Source: Caldimonas sp.
Lineage (GTDB): Bacteria > Pseudomonadota > Gammaproteobacteria > Burkholderiales > Burkholderiaceae_C
Direction of reading: 5' to 3'
Length of the DNA: 42,204 nt
Assembly (NCBI GenBank): GCA_039922395.1
Contig: JBDSAB010000269.1
Span: 1-42,204, forward strand
Shown: one piece after another, positions 1-8,815 of the stretch
Layout of the letters: every line of letters begins with the position of its first letter
How positions within the stretch are numbered: the first letter of the stretch is position 1
Notes under the pieces: generated by a model
What the model was told of the DNA's origin: nothing
What the model saw: only the letters and a program-made list of their open reading frames with translations
Databases searched by the model: none
Translations under genes and position numbers: made by a program

Positions 1-42
1 GGCCTTCGGACCCGGAGCCGCAGGTCCTTCGAGCGCACTCAT
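1..42 (-). CDS. Probable 5' end of a gene running off the left edge (MSALEGPAAPGPKA...), divergent from the FdsR/ModE-like regulator
   Basis: ATG at 42-40 on the minus strand with GAGG about 10 nt upstream; only 14 codons are visible, so identity is unknown. Confidence 0.3.
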   Translation of the reverse strand, partial: MSALEGPAAPGPKA

Positions 43-246
43 CGGTTGTGCCCTCGGGAAACGAGCGCCACTGGCGCGCAAGGCTTGTCGAACAGCCGCA
101 TCACGATCGCGCCGTCACGCCGCTTGCCGTCATCGACGACTGCAAGGCGCGCATCGCTGCCGGGTCATCGACCACCAGCCCGACAAATAAATCGCTGTCC
201 ATGCCGGATTCTCAGCCCGCGCTCGCGCGCGGCGATCACGCGGCCC

Positions 247-1449
247 ATGGCGGACAATTCGGCGATGAAGAAGCCTGTGGAAAAGCCGTCCAGCGGCAGC
301 CAAGCGACCCGCCGCCTCGGCGTCCGCCTGAGCTACGCCTTCGAGCGCAGCGGACAGCACGGCGCCGAGCTCGACCAGCCGCTGTTCGCGACGCTCGCGG
401 CAGTACGAGATGGCGGCTCGATCGGCCAGGCTGCGCGCCGACTCGGCCAGTCGTATCGCCATGTCTGGGGCGTTCTGCGGGCTTGGGAAGCCGAGGTTGG
501 CGAGCCGCTCGTCGTCTGGTCGAAGGGCCAACGGGCCCGCCTGACCGAGTTCGGCGAACGCCTGCTGTGGGCCGAGCTGCGGGCACGCAAGCGCCTGCAG
601 CCGCACATCGAGGCACTGCGCGACCACCTGGAGCGCACGATCGACGAGGCGCGCGACGACCGCCGGCGGCTCCTCACCGTCTGCGCCAGCCACGATCTCG
701 CGCTGCCGCGTCTGCGCGACCACGCGGCCGCTGCGGCGGCGCTCGAGCTCGATCTGCGCTTCCAGGGCAGCGTCGACAGCGTGCGGTCGCTGAACGCACG
801 GCGCTGCCTGGTGGCCGGCTTCCACGTGCCGGCCATGCGCGGCGCCGCGCCGGTGTTCATGGCCGCGCTGAAGCCATTGCTCCGACCCGGCGTGCACAAG
901 CTGATCGCCTGCTCGCGACGCAGCCAAGGCTTGATGCTTCGCAAGGAGCACGCGGGTGAGATCCGGACGTTCGCAGACCTGCGCCATTCGTCGCTGCGCT
1001 TCGTCAATCGCCAGGTCGGATCGGGCACGCGCCTGCTCATCGACCACCTGCTGCACGAGCAGGGTCTCGATGTCGGCGCGCTTGGCCGCGATCCGACCTT
1101 GATCGAGGAATCGCATGTCGCGCTCGCCGCCTGCGTGGCCAGCGGCGCGGCCGATGTCGGCCTCGGCGTCGAGGCGGCCGCGCTCGAGTTCGGCCTGCAC
1201 TTCGTCCCGCTGGTCGAGGAGGATTACTTCCTCCTCTGCCTGAAGGCGGACCTCGAGCACCCGGCGGTGCTGCGCCTGCGCGAGGTGCTGGCCGGCGACG
1301 CCTGGACGCAGTTGCTGACGTCGCTGCCCGGCTACGCACCGGTGCCCGACCCGGGCAAGGTGCTGCGCATGACCGAGGCGCTGCCGTGGTGGCGCTACCG
1401 GACGCCGCACGCCCGCCCGGCCGATCGAAGCGTCACGGCGGCGGCCTGA
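247..1449 (+). CDS. ModE/LysR-type HTH regulator fused to a PBP-like (molybdate-binding-like) domain; FdsR-like
   Basis: N-terminal HTH 'GGSIGQAARRLGQSYRHVWG..LTEFG'; C-terminal PBP-like motifs 'ASHDLAL', 'GSVDSV', 'FVNRQVGSGTRLL', 'ADVGLG', 'EEDY'. Start moved from 46 to the ATG at 247 (265 also possible). Confidence 0.8.
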   Translation: MADNSAMKKPVEKPSSGSQATRRLGVRLSYAFERSGQHGAELDQPLFATLAAVRDGGSIGQAARRLGQSYRHVWGVLRAWEAEVGEPLVVWSKGQRARLTEFGERLLWAELRARKRLQPHIEALRDHLERTIDEARDDRRRLLTVCASHDLALPRLRDHAAAAAALELDLRFQGSVDSVRSLNARRCLVAGFHVPAMRGAAPVFMAALKPLLRPGVHKLIACSRRSQGLMLRKEHAGEIRTFADLRHSSLRFVNRQVGSGTRLLIDHLLHEQGLDVGALGRDPTLIEESHVALAACVASGAADVGLGVEAAALEFGLHFVPLVEEDYFLLCLKADLEHPAVLRLREVLAGDAWTQLLTSLPGYAPVPDPGKVLRMTEALPWWRYRTPHARPADRSVTAAA

Positions 1450-1534
1450 GCGCGCCCGGCCGCATCGATCGAGGGGATCGAGGGCAAGCGCATTCAGGCC
1501 ATGCCGTCGTGAAACGCGCAAGACGCAGAAGCGC

Positions 1535-2449
1535 CTAGGCCATCGATCGGTGTGGGCGGCCCTCCGCGAGGAGCGCAGCGATGTACTCGATGTACAGCCT
1601 GACCTTCGCCGGCGATGTGCGCCCGCGCGGCGGCAGCACCGCGGTGATCGCCTGCGCCTCGCCGCTCCAATCGGGCAGGACTTCGCGCAGCTGGCCGGCC
1701 GCGACGATGTGACGCGCAGCGATCTCGAGCGGTCGCGCCACGCCGCAGCCGCTCGACGCCGCATCGACCAGGCCGATGCCGTCGCGCGAGACGACGCGCA
1801 CCGGCACGTCGACATCGCAGGTCTCGTTGTCCTTTGCAAAACGCCAGCGCGTGTTCGGCGCCTCATCGCGGCGCGCATAGATCACGGCGCGATGCTCGGC
1901 GAGCTCGCGCGGGTGGCTGGGCTCGCCGCATGACGCGAGGTATGCGGGCGCGGCGCAGACGATCGGGCGCGTCCAGCCGAGCGGGCGCGCAATCAGGCTG
2001 GAGTCGGGCAACGCGCCGATGTGAAGGACGAGGTCGAGGCCTTCGTCGACCACGGCAGCGGCGGCGTTCGTGATCAGCGTTTCGACCTTCAGGTCCGGCT
2101 GCCCGTCGAGGAAGGGTTTCAGCATCGTCATCAACGCGTGGCGCAGGCCCGGGTGCATGCCGATGCGCAAGGTCCCGCGCGCCTGCGCGGTGCCGTGCCG
2201 CCCTGCGCTTTCGGCGACCTCGATGTCCGCGAGGATCTGCCGGCACTGCTCGTAGTACGCCGCACCCTCGTCGGTGAGCGAAAGGCTGCGCGTGGAGCGG
2301 CTCATCAACGAGAAGCCGAGCTCCTTCTCGAGCGCGGAGATCGTCTTGCTCAATGCCGACGGCACGACGTCGAGCATCTGGGCCGCGGCCGCGAAGCTCT
2401 TGGCCTCGACCGTGCGGCAGAAGAAGGTCATCGCTCGAAGCTTGTCCAT
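1535..2449 (-). CDS. LysR family transcriptional regulator (CrgA-like)
   Basis: 'MDKLRAMTFFCRTVEAKSFAAAAQMLDVVPSALSKTISALEKELGFSLMSRSTRSLSLTDEG' HTH; 'EGLDLVLHIG', 'CAAPAYL'; GAGGA RBS before the ATG at 2449. Confidence 0.92.
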   Translation of the reverse strand: MDKLRAMTFFCRTVEAKSFAAAAQMLDVVPSALSKTISALEKELGFSLMSRSTRSLSLTDEGAAYYEQCRQILADIEVAESAGRHGTAQARGTLRIGMHPGLRHALMTMLKPFLDGQPDLKVETLITNAAAAVVDEGLDLVLHIGALPDSSLIARPLGWTRPIVCAAPAYLASCGEPSHPRELAEHRAVIYARRDEAPNTRWRFAKDNETCDVDVPVRVVSRDGIGLVDAASSGCGVARPLEIAARHIVAAGQLREVLPDWSGEAQAITAVLPPRGRTSPAKVRLYIEYIAALLAEGRPHRSMA

Positions 2450-2484
2450 CGTGTCCTCGCCCCGGCATCCTGGCCGGACCACTG

Positions 2485-2512
2485 GTTCCATGCCGGAACG
2501 GGTCATGTTCCC
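2485..2512. promoter_or_regulatory. Putative LysR binding site (T-N11-A dyad plus a second half-site)
   Basis: GTTCC-ATGCC-GGAAC inverted repeat at 2485-2499 containing T-N11-A; a second GTTCC starts at 2507, 22 bp away; lies between the divergent LysR and Bug genes. Confidence 0.55.
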
Positions 2513-2592
2513 GCAGCCCCCTTTTAGTGTGCGGCTGCAGCCACTAGCCTACGTGCACCTTCTTCCGATCTCCAGCCCGACAGGAGCCCATC

Positions 2593-3564
2593 ATGTTTCG
2601 ACGCGACGTGCTGCGCGCACTCTCATTCGCTGCATTGGCGTGCGCTGTCAGCCGTCCGCGAGCCCAGTCGTATCCGAGTCGGCCGGTCACCCTGCTGGTC
2701 GGCGGCGCGCCCGGCAGCGTGCCCGACATCATGGTGCGACCGATCGCCGAGCGGCTGGCCGCCGCGCTCGGGCAGCCGGTCGTCGTCGAGAACCGGCCCG
2801 GCGCGGCCGGCAGCGTCGCGATCTCGGCGCTGCTGCAGGCCCCGGCCGATGGGCACACGCTCGCACTCGCGACGATGTCCCAGGCGGTCTTCAACGCCCA
2901 CCTGTTCGCGAAGCTGCCGTACGACCCGCTGCGCGACCTCGAGCCGGTCGCACCTCTGGTCACCGGGGCGATGGCGCTGGCCGCGCACCCGTCGTTCCCC
3001 GCGCAGTCGCTGGGCGAGTTCGTCGCGCTGGCGAAGGCGGAGCCGCGCAAGTACTTCGTCGCGATGCCGCAGCAGGGCTCGCCGCCGCACATCGTCGCGC
3101 TGCTGCTGAACCGGGCGACCGGCATCGAGGTGACGATGGTCCCGCACAAGTCGGGCAGCGATGCGGTCAACGCGGTGGTGTCGGGCGAGATTCCGCTGCT
3201 GTTCGACGCGCCGACGATCATCTCGAACCAGGTCCGGGCGGGCAAGCTGAAGGCACTCGCGGTCACGGGCCGGCAACGCGAGCCTGCTCTGCCGGAGACG
3301 CCGACCGCCCGCGAAAGCGGCTTCGACGTGCAGGGCGAAGCGTGGATCGGACTCGTCGCACCACGCGGCACGCCGGCAGCGGTCGTCCAGCGTCTGAATC
3401 GCGAGGTCGGCACCATCCTGGCGACGAGCGAGGTGAGTGCGGCGATGGCGCGCCTCAGCTTTCGCCCGATGACATCGACGCCCGAGGCGTTCCGCACCTT
3501 GATCCGCGACGACAACGCGAAGTGGTCCGCGGTGATCCGCGACGCCGGGCTGAAGCTCGAATGA
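2593..3564 (+). CDS. Bug/TctC tripartite tricarboxylate transporter substrate-binding protein
   Basis: 'YPSRPVTLLVGGAPGSVPDIMVR', 'VVVENRPGAAG', 'PADGHTL', 'KLPYDPLRD', 'GKLKALAV', 'PRGTPAAVV..LNRE'; Tat-like 'MFRRDVL' leader; AGGAG RBS. Confidence 0.93.
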   Translation: MFRRDVLRALSFAALACAVSRPRAQSYPSRPVTLLVGGAPGSVPDIMVRPIAERLAAALGQPVVVENRPGAAGSVAISALLQAPADGHTLALATMSQAVFNAHLFAKLPYDPLRDLEPVAPLVTGAMALAAHPSFPAQSLGEFVALAKAEPRKYFVAMPQQGSPPHIVALLLNRATGIEVTMVPHKSGSDAVNAVVSGEIPLLFDAPTIISNQVRAGKLKALAVTGRQREPALPETPTARESGFDVQGEAWIGLVAPRGTPAAVVQRLNREVGTILATSEVSAAMARLSFRPMTSTPEAFRTLIRDDNAKWSAVIRDAGLKLE

Positions 3565-4532
3565 TGTTCGCGAACGCCGCATGGCGAGGCACGGGCCCGA
3601 CGCCCGCCGAGTCGATCCGAGCGCGACGCGTGAACGGCGTCGAGTTGCACTACACCGACAGCGAAGCCGGTCGCAGCGCGGTGTTCCTGCTGCACGGCGG
3701 CATGGGCGATCTGGAGACGTGGCCCCATCAGGTCCGCGCGCTCTCGCCACGCTGGCGGGTGATCGCCTACAGCCGCCGGCACAGCCATCCGAATCGGAAC
3801 GACGCTGCGCCACGCACGGTCTCGGCGAACGGCATCGACGACGACATCGACGATTTCCTGGCGCTGCAGGCCGCGCTCGATGCGGGTCCATCGCACCTCG
3901 TCGCCACGTCGTACGGTGCGCTGCTGGCGCTCGGCATCGCGCTGCGCGCGCCGGACCGCGTTGCCAGCCTCGTACTGGCCGAGCCGCCGCTGCACCGCTG
4001 GGCGCTGGCAACGGAAAGCGGCGCGCGGCTCTACCGCGCGTTCATCGACGGCGTCTGGTGCCCCGCCGGCCAAGCCTTCGCCCGCGGCGAGCCGCGGTAC
4101 GCAATCGCGCTGCTCACCGAAGGCATGTGGGGCCGGCCGACCCTCGAGTCGTGGCCGGCCGAACGTGTTGATGGCGTGCTGCGCAATGCCCCGGCCATGC
4201 AGGCGTTGACGCGGGCGGACGATCCGTTCCCGGAGTTCGACCGCGCCACCGTGTCACGGCTGAACATGCCGACCTTGCTGCTGCGTGGCGCGCACACGAG
4301 TGCGCTGCACCGGCACGTCGTCGATGAGCTCAGCGGCGTGATGCGGCATGCGCAGCGCATCGAGATTCCGCGTGCCGGTCACGGTTCGCCCAATGAAAAC
4401 CCGGCGGCCTTCAACGCCGAGGTCATCGCGTTTCTCGAATCGCTGCCGCCGCCCCGCCCGCCTCAGCGGAACGCGGCCCACAGCAACGACACACCGGACA
4501 CGGCCATCAGTCCGTCGACGAGGGATCGGTAG
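3561..4532 (+). CDS. Alpha/beta-fold hydrolase
   Basis: 'VFLLHGG', 'RVIAYSRR', nucleophile elbow A-T-S-Y-G (3903-3917), 'PTLLLRG', 'AGHGS..ENPAAFN'; ATGA overlap with the Bug stop. Confidence 0.88.
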   Translation: MMFANAAWRGTGPTPAESIRARRVNGVELHYTDSEAGRSAVFLLHGGMGDLETWPHQVRALSPRWRVIAYSRRHSHPNRNDAAPRTVSANGIDDDIDDFLALQAALDAGPSHLVATSYGALLALGIALRAPDRVASLVLAEPPLHRWALATESGARLYRAFIDGVWCPAGQAFARGEPRYAIALLTEGMWGRPTLESWPAERVDGVLRNAPAMQALTRADDPFPEFDRATVSRLNMPTLLLRGAHTSALHRHVVDELSGVMRHAQRIEIPRAGHGSPNENPAAFNAEVIAFLESLPPPRPPQRNAAHSNDTPDTAISPSTRDR

Positions 4533-5185
4533 GCCGCCGAGCTGAGGCGCAGCACGACGACCCGGCCGAGGAACGAGCCGGCCATCAGCGTCGCGCCGAC
4601 GATCAGACCCTGCAGCAGCACCGGCATCGGCAGCGCGCCGAAAGCCTGGAAGGTCGCGACCTTGGCGGCGTACATGCCGAGCGAGCTCGCGGCCTCGGTG
4701 CCGAGGAACGCGCCGCGCTCCAGCCCGTAGAAGGTGAAGAGCGGGACCGTCAGCGGTCCGGTCGACACGACCACGCCGGTCAGCACGCCGAGCGGTGCGC
4801 CGAGCAGCATCAGATGGGTCGCGGTGATCCGGAACTCGCGTCGCGCCAGCCAGCGCCGCGCCGGAATCAGGACGAGGAAGAAGATGCCCAGCGCAGTCTC
4901 TGCGAGGCCGGGCGGGATCGACAGCAGCAGGCGCGCGCCGACCATCGCGCCCGGCACGGCGGTCGCGCAGTAGGCGCCACAGGCGCGCCAGTCGATTTCG
5001 CGGCGCCAGGCCAGCACCCGCCCCATGTTGCCCATGATCGCGGCGACCGCCATCATCGGCACGGCCTGCCGCGGTCCGTGCATCACCACCAGGATCGGCA
5101 TCATCACCAGCGATGAGCCGGTGCCGACGACGCCGCCGAGGGTGCCGGCGAAAAGCCCGGCGAGAAGCACGAGGACGTAGTCCAT
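4463..5185 (-). CDS. TauE/SafE (DUF81) sulfite-exporter family membrane protein
   Basis: About 8 hydrophobic segments; 'AGTLGGVVGTGSSLVMMPIL' and the internal repeat 'GVLTGVVVSTGPL'; 'FLGTEA'. Confidence 0.85.
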   Translation of the reverse strand: MDYVLVLLAGLFAGTLGGVVGTGSSLVMMPILVVMHGPRQAVPMMAVAAIMGNMGRVLAWRREIDWRACGAYCATAVPGAMVGARLLLSIPPGLAETALGIFFLVLIPARRWLARREFRITATHLMLLGAPLGVLTGVVVSTGPLTVPLFTFYGLERGAFLGTEAASSLGMYAAKVATFQAFGALPMPVLLQGLIVGATLMAGSFLGRVVVLRLSSAAYRSLVDGLMAVSGVSLLWAAFR

Positions 5186-5287
5186 CGTTTGAGCTTACAG
5201 GCCGCTCCCGCTGGCAGACACGCGGTGGCCGGCGGGCGATGGCGGCGATCGGCGGCGCGCCATCCGCTGCCGGACCTCATGCCGCGC

Positions 5288-6142
5288 TCAGCCGCGCGGC
5301 ATCCTCGACTGCGAGATCGAGGTCGCTGCCAGCTGCACGTGCGGAACGAGCTGTTCCTCGGCCCGCTCGACGCTCCAGCGCGTCGTCGGCACCGCGACGT
5401 TGATCGCGGCGACCGGGTAGCCGTGGTGATCGGTGATCGCGGCAGCGACCGAGATGTCGCCGACCAGCGTCTGGTTCATCACGATCGAATAGCCCTTCTC
5501 GGCCGCTTCGTCGATGTGCGCGAGCAGCAGCTTCGCGTCGGTCTCGGTGTACGGCGTGACCGGCTTCAGCGGCGTGCTGCGGACGATGTCGCGCCGCGCC
5601 GGCGCATCGAGCCGCGACAGCATCGCGCGACCCGAGGCCGTGAACACGGCGGGCAGGCGGTAGCCAACCGCGAAGTCGACGTTGACGAGGTGCTTGCCCG
5701 GAAAGCGAGCGACGAAGACGATCTCGTGGCCATCGAGCTCCTGCAGGTTCGATGTCTCGCCGAGGCTGCGGCTGATGTCGAGCAAATACGGCGACGCGCG
5801 CTCGATCAGCTCGCGCGAGCGCAGGTAGTTGTACGACAGCGTGAGGACTCTCGGCGCGAGGCCGTAGAGCGAACTCTCCGACAGGCGGCGGATGTAGCCG
5901 AGCAGCTCCATCGTGTGGACCAGCCGCTGCGTCGCGCTCCGATCGAGCTGCGCCGCGCGTGCGATCTCGGCCAGCGTCATCGTGCGGTGAGTGTCCCGAA
6001 ACGCCTCCAGCACCTGGAACGCCTTCTCGACCGAGCCGACGAAGAGCGACGAGCGCTCCTCGCCGTTCCGCGAGGCCTTGGCGCGGCGCAACGGCGCAGG
6101 GGTGGCCTTGCGGCGTGGCGGCGTCGAGACAGCCGTCTTCAC
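5288..6142 (-). CDS. IclR family transcriptional regulator
   Basis: 'FVGSVEKAFQVLEAF...MTLAEIARAAQLDRSATQRLVHTMELLGYI' HTH; 'VGYRLPAVFTASGRAMLS' IclR signature; GTG start overlaps the upstream TGA (GTGA), with a GGAGG RBS. Confidence 0.92.
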   Translation of the reverse strand: MKTAVSTPPRRKATPAPLRRAKASRNGEERSSLFVGSVEKAFQVLEAFRDTHRTMTLAEIARAAQLDRSATQRLVHTMELLGYIRRLSESSLYGLAPRVLTLSYNYLRSRELIERASPYLLDISRSLGETSNLQELDGHEIVFVARFPGKHLVNVDFAVGYRLPAVFTASGRAMLSRLDAPARRDIVRSTPLKPVTPYTETDAKLLLAHIDEAAEKGYSIVMNQTLVGDISVAAAITDHHGYPVAAINVAVPTTRWSVERAEEQLVPHVQLAATSISQSRMPRG

Positions 6143-7050
6143 AGCGATGCTTCCTCCAACAGCAGCCGAGCCGTCTCGGCGCGCAGCCGCTCGCGCAGCT
6201 CGGGCGCCGGCGCGACCAGCGGCTGCAGCACGCGCGGCGCGTCGACGCCGACGAGGTCGAGCACCGCCTTGAGCGGACCCGGATTGGTCTCGGCGAACGC
6301 CATGTCGAGCAGCGGAATCAGCTTTCGGTGCAGCTCGAGCGCTTCCCGCGTGCGCCCCGCCGCGCAGGCCTCGTAGAGCCGGCGCCAGGTGCGCGGCAGT
6401 GCCGAGGCGGTGACCACGATCCCGCCCTTCGCGCCAGCCGCCATCTGCACCGGGAACAGCGTGTCCTCGCCGGAGAACACGGTGAACGACGCATCGATGC
6501 CGGCCTGCACCTTGAGGAAGTGGTACATGTCGGTATTGCACGCCTTCATGCCGATGATGTTCGGATGCCGCGAGAGCTCGTGCAGCACCTCCGGCGCGAT
6601 CGTGATCCGCGTGCGGTACGGGATTTCGTAGATCATCACCGGCACCGGCGACTCATCGGCGAAGCGGACGAAATAGTCGCGGATGCCCTGTTGCGTCGGC
6701 GTCGTGTAGTACGGCGTCAACACCATCAGCGCATCGGCGCCGGCGTCGGCGAAGGATCGGCCGGCGGCCATCGCGTCGTAGAAGCCGGGATCGAGCACGC
6801 CGGCGACGACGGGAATCTTCCCGCCCGCCGCTTCTGCGCAGATCTTCACCATGCGCACCCTCTCCTCCTGCCGCAGCGCGCCGTATTCGCCGGTGCCGCC
6901 GAGCGGCACGACGCCGTTCGCCCCGCCGCGCAGGATCAGGGCCATCTGTGCGCGCGCGGCGCCTTCGTCGATGCGGTCGTCATCGGTAACCGGCGTCGGG
7001 ATCGCAGGAAAGATGCCGCGCAGGCCGGCGGCGGTGAGTCTGGTTTTCAT
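6139..7050 (-). CDS. Dihydrodipicolinate synthase/N-acetylneuraminate lyase family class I aldolase, probably catabolic
   Basis: 'GIFPAIPTP', 'GGTGE', 'TPYY', 'YEIPYRT', Schiff-base Lys in 'IIGMKAC', 'SGED', 'ETNPGPLK'; sits inside a transporter operon. Confidence 0.88.
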   Translation of the reverse strand: MKTRLTAAGLRGIFPAIPTPVTDDDRIDEGAARAQMALILRGGANGVVPLGGTGEYGALRQEERVRMVKICAEAAGGKIPVVAGVLDPGFYDAMAAGRSFADAGADALMVLTPYYTTPTQQGIRDYFVRFADESPVPVMIYEIPYRTRITIAPEVLHELSRHPNIIGMKACNTDMYHFLKVQAGIDASFTVFSGEDTLFPVQMAAGAKGGIVVTASALPRTWRRLYEACAAGRTREALELHRKLIPLLDMAFAETNPGPLKAVLDLVGVDAPRVLQPLVAPAPELRERLRAETARLLLEEASL

Positions 7051-7060
7051 GATGGTGGAA

Positions 7061-8815
7061 TCATCGGTTGGCGCTGCGTCGACGCAGCCATTCGGCAAAG
7101 CCGATCAGCAGCCCGACGAAGACAAAGAGGCAGGTGGACACCGCGGCGATGGTCGGCGAGACCTCGAGCGTGACCTCGTCCCAGAACTGCTTGGGCAAGG
7201 TGGCCGACAGGCCGCCCGAGGCGAACAGCGCGATCGTCAGCTCGTCGAACGAGGTCGCGAACGCGAACAGCATCGACGAGAACAGGCCCGCGCCGAGGAT
7301 CGGGAACGTGACATGCCGCAGCACCTGCCATGGCTTCGCGCCGAGGCTTTGCGCGGCGAGGTCGAGCCGCGTGTCGTAGTTGCGCAGCACCGCCATCATC
7401 GTCATCACGACGTACGGCACCGCGACCACGGTGTGGCCGATCGCGAGGCCGACCGACGTGCCGACCAGCCCGACCTTCGCGAAGAAGTAGAACAGGCCGA
7501 CCGCGATGATCATGCGCGGCACGATGATCGGCGACAGCACGAACGCGAGCATCAGCGACTTGCCGCGCATCTGCGAGCGCACCAGCAGGAAGGCGGCCGG
7601 CGTGCCGATCAGCATCGCGAGCACCGCCGCCCCGATGCCGACGAGCAAGGAGCGCACCGCCGCCTGCATCCACAACGGCGACGCGATCATGGTCTGGTAG
7701 TACTGCAAGGTGAAGCCGCTCGGCGGCCATTGGAGCCCCGACTTCGCGAACGACAGCGGGATCATCAGCAGGGCCGGCACCGACAGGAAGAACAGCACGA
7801 GCAGCACGGCGCTGCGCAGGCCGAGCGAGCGGCCCGGCTCGCGCTCGCGCGTGCGGCTGCGCGGAAACAGGTCGATCAGCGCATCGGTGACGCGGCCGAG
7901 CGCGCCGAGCACCGCATCGCCGCCGCGCCGCATAACGCCGTGGCGGCCGCCGACGCGCTGCGACGACTCGCCCGTCATCGTCGAGAGGCCGAGGACCTTG
8001 TCGTAGAGCGCGAACACCGCCAGCACGACGACCAGCATCAGCACCGAGATCGCGCCGGCGAAGCCCCAGCTCATCGTCTGCAGCACCTGCTCGATGATGA
8101 GCTGCGTGATCATCACCTCGCGCCGTCCGCCGAGCAGCTGCGGCACGATGAAGAAGCCGACCGCGGTGACGAACACCATGATCGCGCCGGCCGCGACGCC
8201 GGGCAGCGAGAGCGGGAAGTAGACGCGCCAGAACGCGGTGCCCGGCTTCGCACCCAGGGTCGCGGCGGCGCGCGGCAGGTTGCGGTCGATGTTGTCCATC
8301 ACCGAGAGCATCGTCAGCACCGCGAGCGGCATCAGCGCATGCACCATGCCGATCAGCACGGCGCCGAGCGAATAGAGCAGGTTCGACGGCGTGCTCTGCA
8401 AGCCGGCGGCCGTGAGCAGCTGATTGACGACGCCGTTGCGGCCCAGCATCACGATCCAGGCGAACGCGCGGACCAGGAAGCTGGTCCAGAACGAGAGCAG
8501 CACCCAGAACAACCAGTTCGCCTTCCGGTCCTTTTCGAGCGAGGCGATCAGGTACGCGACCGGGTAGCCGCCGACGACCGCGAGCAGGGTCGTCCACAGC
8601 GAGATCTTCAACGTGATCAGCATCACGTTGATGTAGACCGACGAATCGAACAGCTGTCGGTACTTGGCGAGCGTGAACGCGCCGTCGCTGTAGATCGACA
8701 GCAGCAGCAGTTGGCCGACCGGGTAGATCAGCAGGACGGCGAACAGCAAGACCAGCGGCGCGCCGAGCAGCGCCGGCTTGATCCACGCGGGGCGCGGCGC
8801 GGCGCTGGCGCTCAA
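7061..8815 (-). CDS. ABC transporter permease with two fused PotB/PotC-type domains
   Basis: Two EAA-like loops ('LPRAAATLGAKP', 'LDLAAQSLGAKP'); 'SFLVRAFAW', 'SFDE'; TTG start overlaps the ATPase stop, with a GGAGG RBS. Confidence 0.9.
   Translation of the reverse strand: MSASAAPRPAWIKPALLGAPLVLLFAVLLIYPVGQLLLLSIYSDGAFTLAKYRQLFDSSVYINVMLITLKISLWTTLLAVVGGYPVAYLIASLEKDRKANWLFWVLLSFWTSFLVRAFAWIVMLGRNGVVNQLLTAAGLQSTPSNLLYSLGAVLIGMVHALMPLAVLTMLSVMDNIDRNLPRAAATLGAKPGTAFWRVYFPLSLPGVAAGAIMVFVTAVGFFIVPQLLGGRREVMITQLIIEQVLQTMSWGFAGAISVLMLVVVLAVFALYDKVLGLSTMTGESSQRVGGRHGVMRRGGDAVLGALGRVTDALIDLFPRSRTREREPGRSLGLRSAVLLVLFFLSVPALLMIPLSFAKSGLQWPPSGFTLQYYQTMIASPLWMQAAVRSLLVGIGAAVLAMLIGTPAAFLLVRSQMRGKSLMLAFVLSPIIVPRMIIAVGLFYFFAKVGLVGTSVGLAIGHTVVAVPYVVMTMMAVLRNYDTRLDLAAQSLGAKPWQVLRHVTFPILGAGLFSSMLFAFATSFDELTIALFASGGLSATLPKQFWDEVTLEVSPTIAAVSTCLFVFVGLLIGFAEWLRRRSANR

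Noticed and set aside
2274-3560. N-terminal extension of the 752-aa ORF (apparent Bug-hydrolase fusion)
   Set aside because: Off-frame shadow of the Bug gene; the hydrolase starts at the ATGA overlap at 3561.
6139-7050. Calling this gene dapA
   Set aside because: GGTGE motif variant and a catabolic transporter context; only family-level assignment is justified.
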